From an uncultured Candidatus Saccharibacteria bacterium (GTDB taxonomy: Bacteria; Patescibacteriota; Minisyncoccia; Phycocordibacterales; UBA2100), in the NCBI GenBank assembly GCA_964399865.1, contig CAYNRJ010000002.1, forward strand, positions 97,108 through 161,107: a stretch of 64,000 nucleotides of DNA, in the 5' to 3' direction. The position numbers were made by a program, and so were the translations under genes. Under the pieces are notes generated by a model, which saw nothing but the letters and a program-made list of their open reading frames with translations, was not told where the DNA came from and did no database searches. Shown here piece after piece: positions 49,988 through 56,802 of this stretch (positions are counted from its first letter, which is position 1; each line of letters begins with the position of its first letter).

Positions 49988-50662
49988 ATGAAGAACATCA
50001 GCGTAGGGGCGTTCATCCTGAGCGCTCTCATTCATCTGGCGGTCACGCTGTTCGTGATCGTCGCACTCTACGGGACTTTCGAGCTGGACTTCCGAATCTA
50101 TCTCTTCGGTATCAATATTCCTTCGCTCGTCTATCTGGTCCCGCTCGTCTTCCTGTCCTACTTCGCGCAGAGGAAGCTTTCTGAAGCGCGCGGTTTTGGG
50201 CGAGTGCTCGATCTTCTGATCTCGGTCCCGATGCTCATCGCGATTGTGGGGGTCATCCTCCTGTGGCTCGGCATTCCGTCCGTCGAGTCGGTCGCGAACG
50301 AGATCGGTTCGTGGGCGAACCACGTGGTTTCGACCGAACCGACCTCCTACAAGGTCGTCGTGGTCCTTCTCTTCGGCTTGGTGTCGCTGCTCGACGTGCT
50401 CGGGCGTGATATCGGGGGAGTTCGTCTCTCGCGTTCCCGCGTGTTCGGGAAGCGGCTGGACGATTCGATTCGGACCCGCATCGTGCCCCAGTTCGAGATC
50501 GCCGATCAGGGGGAGATCATCGTCGGCGGCGAGGTCATTCACGTGACACTGACCGACGAGCACAAGCGGAGGATTGCCCAGAGGATTGCCGGCACGCCCG
50601 GCCTTCCGAAGCCACCTCCGGTTTCGGCGCCGGCTCATGGTCCGACCACTAGCCCTCCGTAG
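49988..50662 (+). CDS. high-GC polytopic membrane protein with a Pro-rich C-terminus
   Basis: GGAGA ribosome-binding site. At least 4 TM helices. GC3-rich. Confidence 0.55.
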   Translation: MKNISVGAFILSALIHLAVTLFVIVALYGTFELDFRIYLFGINIPSLVYLVPLVFLSYFAQRKLSEARGFGRVLDLLISVPMLIAIVGVILLWLGIPSVESVANEIGSWANHVVSTEPTSYKVVVVLLFGLVSLLDVLGRDIGGVRLSRSRVFGKRLDDSIRTRIVPQFEIADQGEIIVGGEVIHVTLTDEHKRRIAQRIAGTPGLPKPPPVSAPAHGPTTSPP

Positions 50663-50696
50663 GGAAGGCGCGCGTCATCGGGAGCGAACAATCCAT

Positions 50697-50730
50697 CGCG
50701 GCGAGGGAAACCTCGCCGCGTATCTTTTTA
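50697..50730 (+). terminator. rho-independent terminator
   Basis: CGCGGCGAGGG-aaa-CCTCGCCGCG followed by TATCTTTTTA. Confidence 0.75.
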
Positions 50731-50742
50731 ATAAGGTTTGTA

Positions 50743-50770
50743 TTGACAAACGTTGATTTTAATGTACTAT
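50743..50770 (+). promoter_or_regulatory. consensus sigma70 promoter
   Basis: TTGACA-16 nt-TACTAT. Confidence 0.55.
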
Positions 50771-50848
50771 GTTAGCACTGTCGCGCATGATGCGCGAAGA
50801 GTTGTTTGACTTGACCCATGCCCCCAGCGTTGGGGCATAACTGGAGGA

Positions 50849-51145
50849 GTGAAAATGGCAGGAAATGGTAATAAGAAGGCACATGGTGCTCCGATTCCCA
50901 TGGAGTCGCGTACTGGCCAGACCTTTGGCCAGTCCAGCGACGTTGTCGAGGAGCGCATCCGCGTCGTGATCCGCGTCGGTCGCTTCTCGGCGGAGCTCGA
51001 GCCGGATCAGGTTCCTGACCGGCTGGCGGCGCGCATCATTAGCTACCTCAAGGCCGGCATGGCCGGTCCGGAGGAGCCCGCGCAGCTTCCGCCGCCGAAG
51101 ACCCCTGTTCCCAATACGGGCGGTGAACCGCGTGAGGACGAGTAG
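50849..51145 (+). CDS. high-GC small hypothetical protein
   Basis: GGAGGAG-N5-ATG. 98 aa. Confidence 0.45.
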   Translation: MKMAGNGNKKAHGAPIPMESRTGQTFGQSSDVVEERIRVVIRVGRFSAELEPDQVPDRLAARIISYLKAGMAGPEEPAQLPPPKTPVPNTGGEPREDE

Positions 51146-51148
51146 ATC

Positions 51149-51715
51149 ATGACAGCAGGTCATGGCGCATCCGTGCGTATTCCGCCGGGCGACGAACCCC
51201 TCATGAGGCTCGACGATCAGGTCGCAGAGGTGAGCTTTTCGAGGTTCATTGTCAGCGACATCGCGAACGTCGAGATTTCTCCGAAGGCCCGTGCGAAGCT
51301 CGCCACCAGTATGGCGGCTGCGCTGGATCCCGGCACAAGTGGGGCCATCGCCGACCGCGACCTTGCGGCAACAAGGTCGGGCGGAAAGCCCCTCGCATTT
51401 CGCGCTGAAGAGGAGATGAGAAGAATGAGCGGCGGTACTTCGCACACGGAATCCCACCACGAAGAGTCTCATGCCGCGAAGGGCGGGAGGACGAAGTGGA
51501 TCATCGTCTGGGGGATCATCATCCTCGCTGCGTTGGCCGCCCTGTACTTCTTCGCTCCCGGCGTGAAGTCAGGGGTCGATGGGTTCGTCGGCGGCCTCAC
51601 TTCGAACGTCGAGCGGGTCGGTAGTCCAAGTGTGGGGGACACCCCCGGCGTCACACCCTGCGACGCCCAGTGGTATCACTACCCGGACCACACTGCGACC
51701 TACTGGTGCAGGTGA
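51149..51715 (+). CDS. high-GC hypothetical protein with one central TM helix
   Basis: Follows 50849..51145 with a 3-nt gap. TM segment WIIVWGIIILAALAALYFF. Confidence 0.5.
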   Translation: MTAGHGASVRIPPGDEPLMRLDDQVAEVSFSRFIVSDIANVEISPKARAKLATSMAAALDPGTSGAIADRDLAATRSGGKPLAFRAEEEMRRMSGGTSHTESHHEESHAAKGGRTKWIIVWGIIILAALAALYFFAPGVKSGVDGFVGGLTSNVERVGSPSVGDTPGVTPCDAQWYHYPDHTATYWCR

Positions 51716-51779
51716 CAACCGGTGACAAATCTAGATCGGCGGCGAGCTCTGTGCTTGCCGCCGTTTCCTTTTATATATA

Positions 51780-51807
51780 TTGACAAATCACACACAAGTG
51801 ATATAAT
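51780..51807 (+). promoter_or_regulatory. perfect-consensus sigma70 promoter with the inverted repeat ATCAC-N6-GTGAT in the spacer
   Basis: TTGACA-16 nt-TATAAT. A GC hairpin plus T-tract terminator lies just upstream (51736-51775). Confidence 0.6.
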
Positions 51808-51839
51808 TATTAGACATAAGTTCTCCTGTTCTTGTCAGT

Positions 51840-51964
51840 CTGGTTTTGGCGGTTTCCACCTTTGCGTCGCCAAAACCGGGCTGATAAAGCCCATTGATCT
51901 TTAAAAAAGTCAGTGGATTGTGGGCGGCAGAGTGTACGTGTGGAAACCACGTGCACTCTGCCGC
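51840..51964 (+). promoter_or_regulatory. structured ~190-nt 5' leader with two long hairpins (12-bp and 17-bp stems)
   Basis: CTGGTTTTGGCG...CGCCAAAACCGG (51840-51879) and GCGGCAGAGTGTACGTG-tggaaac-CACGTGCACTCTGCCGC (51924-51964). No T-tract follows. Confidence 0.4.
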
Positions 51965-52001
51965 TCGCACACCCGTGCCGGCATAACTTGGGAGCTTACC
52001 A

Positions 52002-52535
52002 ATGAAGAAGTCTGTTGTCTTTGCGGCTATCGCCGCGCTCTGCTTCTCCGCTTCGCTCGCGGCTGCCCAGCCGGCGCCCGTGGATACAACTCCGCCCGGC
52101 GCCGATCCTGCTGCAGTTGTCGTTACTACCACTCCGGGCTGTGTGACCCTCGAGGTCACGCATACTGGGATGGACACGACGCAGCGGACGGCAATCGAGC
52201 GCGAAATGCTGGTGAACGCCATGTTCGCCACGTCCGTGCGCGGTGTCGGCATCACCGCCGACGGCATCCAGGCGTGCAATGGCCTCGGTGTCGAGGTCGT
52301 CGACGGGCCGGACGTTCTCATCTACTCGATGATCCGGCAAGGCGTCGTGACCTTCAGGGTCCCGGCGACCGGCAACTACACCTACGTGTACGCCGGGATG
52401 TGCCTGGGTCCCAACGCCGGCATCTTCTTCGACAACCGCGACAATCTCGTGGTGCTCGAGGGAACCCGGATCTCGGTGGCTCTTTCCGTCAACCCGACGG
52501 TTCCGCCGCCGGCGCCCGGTCAGTGCGACCACTGA
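52002..52535 (+). CDS. high-GC small secreted Cys-containing protein
   Basis: Classic Sec signal peptide MKKSVVFAAIAALCFSASLAAAQP. GGGAG ribosome-binding site. Confidence 0.6.
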   Translation: MKKSVVFAAIAALCFSASLAAAQPAPVDTTPPGADPAAVVVTTTPGCVTLEVTHTGMDTTQRTAIEREMLVNAMFATSVRGVGITADGIQACNGLGVEVVDGPDVLIYSMIRQGVVTFRVPATGNYTYVYAGMCLGPNAGIFFDNRDNLVVLEGTRISVALSVNPTVPPPAPGQCDH

Positions 52536-52684
52536 CGTATTCTCTCGGAAGCGGCAGCAACTTGCTTGCCGCTTCCGGGGACCTTCTTTTTCGTGATTGT
52601 TTGTCTAAGTATTCTGTAGTATAGAGTTCGGAGACAAACCTTCATGAGAAGGTCTTGCCATCGATCCGGAAAGGAGACCGCGCG

Positions 52685-53188
52685 ATGCGTTTGTTCTTAA
52701 CATCCCTTTCGATCTTCGTGCTGGGGACGCTTACCGTTCCGCATGTCGCAAAGGCAGAAACCACTGTGCTCTTCAATCCCTGCGGCGCATTTTGCAATGC
52801 GGAGGAAAGGAGACCAGTTCCGTTTAGCGACGAACTGATCTGTTTCTACATCGAACAAGACGTTCAAGATGGGGTTCCGTTCTTCATTTACCGGAACGGC
52901 GACCTGATCAACAAGCATCCCGATGTGGAGCGGCATCCCGGGGAACCGAAGCCGCTGCATAACCAGATCAAGGCACCGTCGGATCGCTACTGCATCGGTG
53001 CCTGGTACATACGTCAGGCAACTGAGATTGTGGTCTGCAACAGCCACTGGAGCGTGACGTTGTCGCTCGTCGACATTCGTACCTATCTCGCGGCGGGAGA
53101 CAGGGCACCACAAACGCGGCACATTACCCTTTGCCTTATGGCAGCCGGCGAGTGCGTGGAACGGCTGTACGTGCACGGTGTCCAATGA
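52685..53188 (+). CDS. high-GC small secreted Cys-containing protein (start moved to MRLFLTS behind AAGGAG)
   Basis: Signal peptide MRLFLTSLSIFVLGTLTVPHVAKA. 8 Cys. Confidence 0.55.
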   Translation: MRLFLTSLSIFVLGTLTVPHVAKAETTVLFNPCGAFCNAEERRPVPFSDELICFYIEQDVQDGVPFFIYRNGDLINKHPDVERHPGEPKPLHNQIKAPSDRYCIGAWYIRQATEIVVCNSHWSVTLSLVDIRTYLAAGDRAPQTRHITLCLMAAGECVERLYVHGVQ

Positions 53189-53236
53189 GACGACATTCCT
53201 CTGGGCGGGGGCGGGAATGCCCTTCGCCCGAGGAAC

Positions 53237-53265
53237 TTGACTTCTGTCAAGTAATGAAGTATACT
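53237..53265 (+). promoter_or_regulatory. consensus sigma70 promoter. The -35 box lies within the palindrome TTGACTTCTGTCAA.
   Basis: TTGACT-17 nt-TATACT. Confidence 0.55.
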
Positions 53266-53299
53266 GAGGAAGTTACGACATTCAGTAACCCAATTTAAT

Positions 53300-54454
53300 A
53301 TGATACATAAAAACATATATACTATTCCTGCGGTCGCGGTTATTTTCGCTATTATCGGCGCATGTTTTTCTCCAACTATTGCGAGCGCGCAAAATTTTGC
53401 AACGCAGAACCCGTGTTGCCCAACCGTGAACTATGCGTACAACAAACCAACATCGACTTACACTTATAATAAGCCGACTTCTACGTATACAAACAATCAG
53501 CCGACAGCGACCTATGCGTACAACAAACCAACTGCTACGTATACAACTAACAAGCCTGCAACTTCGTACGCATACAATAAACCAGTCACTTCTTACGCGA
53601 ACAACACACCAGTTACGTCTTATTCGTACAATAAACCTGCTGCAGTTACATACACGACTAATAAGCCTGTAACCGCGTATACCTCCAACAAGCCTGTTAC
53701 TTCTTACGCTTCCAATAAGCCGGTTACGTCCTACGCAACGAATCAACCTGCGCCGGTTTACTACAAGACTCCGACTACCATTGTCACGAAGACCCCTACG
53801 TATGTATATAAACCTATCACGGTTACAAATCCGACATACGTAACTCCAAAGACTGTCGTTGTTACGACACCGAAGCATGTTACGTACACAACTCCTTCCT
53901 ACAACTACAATGTTGACGTTAACGTCGTACGACATGTCACTCAGCCGACGTACACTCAACCAGCTCCGACGTACATCGACAACAGCATCAACGATAGCTA
54001 CAACGACAACAGTGTGACTAACACGTACGTCTCTCACAGCTTCAATAGCGGTAATGCAGTAGTAGATTCTACGATCATCACTCCAATCGTTACGCCTCAT
54101 CAGCCGGTATATCAGCCAATTCAGCCAACGTACTACCCACCAGTTCAGTACAATTATCCATACGTTGCGCTCTCTCAGATCCCTTACACAGGATTTGATC
54201 TTGGCACCATGGGTAACATTCTCTACTGGGCAGGTCTCGTACTCTTCGCTCTCGCTCTTGGATACCTCGCTGTCTACTTCGGATCAGCGCTCATAAACGG
54301 TCGCCGTCCATCGATGTCTCAGATGATAACTTCACCTTTCTCTGGCATACTGTCAGCAAGGGGAAACCAGGCAGCTCGTTCTGCAGGGGATTCCATGTCG
54401 TTCGTTCGCTCTATGAACGGTGAAGCTCCTCGTATTATCATTAGTCGCGCTTAA
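53300..54454 (+). CDS. surface protein paralog 1 of a novel family: signal peptide, 12x nonapeptide Tyr/Thr/Asn/Lys/Pro repeats, C-terminal LSQIPYTGFDLG motif, TM helix and conserved cytoplasmic tail
   Basis: See the finding at 53300..59061. The C-terminus ...DSMSFVRSMNGEAPRIIISRA matches the other two paralogs. Confidence 0.7.
   Translation: MIHKNIYTIPAVAVIFAIIGACFSPTIASAQNFATQNPCCPTVNYAYNKPTSTYTYNKPTSTYTNNQPTATYAYNKPTATYTTNKPATSYAYNKPVTSYANNTPVTSYSYNKPAAVTYTTNKPVTAYTSNKPVTSYASNKPVTSYATNQPAPVYYKTPTTIVTKTPTYVYKPITVTNPTYVTPKTVVVTTPKHVTYTTPSYNYNVDVNVVRHVTQPTYTQPAPTYIDNSINDSYNDNSVTNTYVSHSFNSGNAVVDSTIITPIVTPHQPVYQPIQPTYYPPVQYNYPYVALSQIPYTGFDLGTMGNILYWAGLVLFALALGYLAVYFGSALINGRRPSMSQMITSPFSGILSARGNQAARSAGDSMSFVRSMNGEAPRIIISRA
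53430..53760 (+). repeat. 27-nt-period coding tandem repeat (12 imperfect copies, Y-x-[YT]-N-K-P-x-T-[ST])
   Basis: YAYNKPTST YTYNKPTST YTNNQPTAT YAYNKPTAT YTTNKPATS ... read from the translation. Confidence 0.8.
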
Positions 54455-54464
54455 TCTCTCGTAT

Positions 54465-55916
54465 ATGATCAAAGCTCTCGCAACGACTTCTATTATCACG
54501 TTTATTCTCGCTGCATCCGTCAGCATCCTTTCCATCGCAACCGTTGCGAGTGCTCAGGCTGTAACGACATGTTCGATCTATTCGACAGCGAGCTCAGGTT
54601 CAGGTCAGCCGGTAACGATCTCGTGGAATTCTTCTAACGCTACCTACGCGTTCCTCAATCCAGGGGGAAGCGTTGCAACGAACGGCTCACAAGTTGTGTA
54701 CCCAACTGTCACCACGACTTACACACTTACCGTAAACGGTGCACAGGGTCAGTCTTCTAATTGTCAGGTAACAGTACAGGTCGGCTCAACTTCGGGCTTG
54801 CCTTACTGCTCGATCAGCGCAGGAACGACAAACCTCAATCCGGGTAGCGCAGTAACTCTTACCTGGAACTCTTCCAACGCAAATTCAGCTTCCCTTACGA
54901 ACGTTGGTTCAGTTTCAACTTCTGGATCACAAACAGTGTATCCATGGAATACAACGACTTACATATTGACGGTTAACAATTCTCTAGGTCAGTCCTCGAA
55001 TTGTCAGACAACTGTGTACGTTGGTTCCTCTTCAACACAGGCACCGTCTTGCTGGATAACGATCTCTAACAACAATCAATACAATTACAATCAGCAGGCG
55101 ACTCTCTCGTGGGGCTCAACGAATGCAACATCTGCTTCTATCAACCCAAGCGTTGGATCAGTTTCAACCTCTGGTTCTCAGACCATCTACACATCTGGTA
55201 ATCAGATCTACACGATGACGGTCTACAACGCTCAGGGTCAAAGTGCGACATGCCAGACCTCGAGCTACTACCAGCCGGGCATACTTTCCTGCACCATCAC
55301 CGCAAACCCAGTAAACATTCAGAACGGCAGCTCTTCCTACCTTTCTTGGACATCAACAGGAGCGTCATCCGCGTACCTCAATGATGGTCTCGGAAACGTT
55401 GCTCCAAACGGCTCTCTTACTGTTCGTCCAGAGAATTCACGTAACTACATTCTCACAGTGATTGGCTCAAACGGTGCGCAGCAGACATGCACAACGTTCC
55501 TCTCGGTCTCAGGTTCATACCTTCCTCTCAATCAGATCCCTTACACAGGATTTGATTTGGGTCCGATAGGGAACACGATGTACTGGTTTGCGCTCGCACT
55601 CTTTGCGGTCGCTGCTGGATATCTCATTGTGTACTTCATGCCACTTAGTCGCATGCGCTCAACTCGTTCTAGCGTTCACGCTGAGCACGTACACGAGGCG
55701 ACGATCATTTCAGAAAGAGTTACAGTTCCTGCAATCTTTTCTAACAAGGAACCAAAATTCTCTACTGAAGTTCGTGCATATGTTGAGGCGCCAGAAAATC
55801 TTCCAGTACTTCACTCCGAAAGACACGAACAAAAGCACACTGAATTGAAGGATTCTATGTCCTTTGCAGAGAGCAAAGAGGGAGGTGCTCCAAGCATCTT
55901 TATCGGTAGAGCCTAA
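54465..55916 (+). CDS. surface protein paralog 2: signal peptide, five ~80-aa Cys-bracketed Ig-like repeats, LNQIPYTGFDLG motif, TM helix and long conserved tail. The start was moved to the ATG after the upstream stop.
   Basis: Repeats of type C.I.A...IQNGSS.LSW.S.NA.SA ... TY.LTV ... Q.S..CQTTV. C-terminus DSMSFAESKEGGAPSIFIGRA. Confidence 0.7.
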   Translation: MIKALATTSIITFILAASVSILSIATVASAQAVTTCSIYSTASSGSGQPVTISWNSSNATYAFLNPGGSVATNGSQVVYPTVTTTYTLTVNGAQGQSSNCQVTVQVGSTSGLPYCSISAGTTNLNPGSAVTLTWNSSNANSASLTNVGSVSTSGSQTVYPWNTTTYILTVNNSLGQSSNCQTTVYVGSSSTQAPSCWITISNNNQYNYNQQATLSWGSTNATSASINPSVGSVSTSGSQTIYTSGNQIYTMTVYNAQGQSATCQTSSYYQPGILSCTITANPVNIQNGSSSYLSWTSTGASSAYLNDGLGNVAPNGSLTVRPENSRNYILTVIGSNGAQQTCTTFLSVSGSYLPLNQIPYTGFDLGPIGNTMYWFALALFAVAAGYLIVYFMPLSRMRSTRSSVHAEHVHEATIISERVTVPAIFSNKEPKFSTEVRAYVEAPENLPVLHSERHEQKHTELKDSMSFAESKEGGAPSIFIGRA

Positions 55917-55932
55917 TTTCAAGGAAACCCAA

Positions 55933-55962
55933 AAGACCGCTCAGTAGAGCGGTTTTTTGTTG
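55933..55962 (+). terminator. rho-independent terminator
   Basis: GACCGCTC-agta-GAGCGGTC-like stem followed by TTTTTTGTTG. Confidence 0.65.
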
Positions 55963-55974
55963 ATTTAGCTGCTA

Positions 55975-56003
55975 TTGACAAGGGGGTATAAAGCTGGTAA
56001 TAT
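55975..56003 (+). promoter_or_regulatory. consensus sigma70 promoter
   Basis: TTGACA-17 nt-TAATAT. Confidence 0.55.
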
Positions 56004-56100
56004 CTGCCATTGGAGTGCGCCTTGAAAAGCGTACACACGACTTTCCGGGACTCATCCGAGATTCCGGCACTGATCTCTAACTTGAAGAAGGAATGCTGAA

Positions 56101-56625
56101 ATGAACATTCGTCTTATTGCAGTCGTCGTAGCCTTGTTGCTCGGTGTAGGGCTTTCATCGCCCGCCAACGCGCAGGCTGGTTGTGCACTGACTGACAATG
56201 CGTGCCAGGCAGCGCAAGCTGCTGCGGCGCGACCGGATTACAACGGGCCGCTGGCTCCCACTACTGAGCCGATGGTCTGCCTCTTCGTCGTCGCGTATGC
56301 GCCAACTGAGCTCGTCCTCTACGACGGGCCCTATCGGCGAAATCCCGGCGATGAACGCGTAATCCTGACCTGGCGTGTGCAGGCTGGTCACTGGAGTCCC
56401 TGGGCCAGGGATCCGTCTCTCTGGGCGCGGACAATTTGCATCCAGGAGCGGCTTCTGGCCGGGCGGAACACGGTTACGCTCTGCAATGGGCTGGTCGTGA
56501 ACCAAGGCTACCACTCGGAGTGGACCCGCGATCAGATCGCGTATCTCCTCCAGGTCCGAAGCCTCCCAGCCAGCGATCCTGCCAGTCTCCTCGGGACCGC
56601 ACGCAGCGCTGTCTACGGCCTCTAG
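56101..56625 (+). CDS. high-GC small secreted Cys-containing protein
   Basis: Signal peptide MNIRLIAVVVALLLGVGLSSPANAQA. A 10-bp GC hairpin follows the stop (56631-56668). Confidence 0.6.
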   Translation: MNIRLIAVVVALLLGVGLSSPANAQAGCALTDNACQAAQAAAARPDYNGPLAPTTEPMVCLFVVAYAPTELVLYDGPYRRNPGDERVILTWRVQAGHWSPWARDPSLWARTICIQERLLAGRNTVTLCNGLVVNQGYHSEWTRDQIAYLLQVRSLPASDPASLLGTARSAVYGL

Positions 56626-56713
56626 GGGCCTTCGCGAAGGCGGACAAGACCTCTTCGGTCCCCGCCTTCGCAACAACCTTCTATGAATCTTCAGTTAAGT
56701 TAAGGAATAATTT

Positions 56714-56771
56714 GGATGTCAACGGCGAAGAAGGATTCGCTTTTGACATCCGGAGAGATCCGGTATAAGTA
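56714..56771 (+). promoter_or_regulatory. sigma70 promoter with a flanking operator-like inverted repeat GGATGTCAA-N20-TTGACATCC
   Basis: The -35 TTGACA is at 56743. TATAAG/TAAGTA -10 elements lie 15-17 nt downstream. A small palindrome CCGGAGAGATCCGG sits in the spacer. Confidence 0.5.
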
Positions 56772-56802
56772 TGCATTATAAATTAGTAGATAAACCTCAT
56801 TT

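Noticed and set aside
53430-53760. CRISPR array
   Set aside because: The only short tandem periodicity is a 27-nt coding repeat inside an ORF, without spacer/repeat alternation. No CRISPR array is present anywhere in the window.
44362-56700. Interpreting the high-GC island purely as horizontal transfer
   Set aside because: This is not rejected but cannot be separated from a chimeric metagenomic assembly using sequence alone. It is reported as a finding with that caveat.
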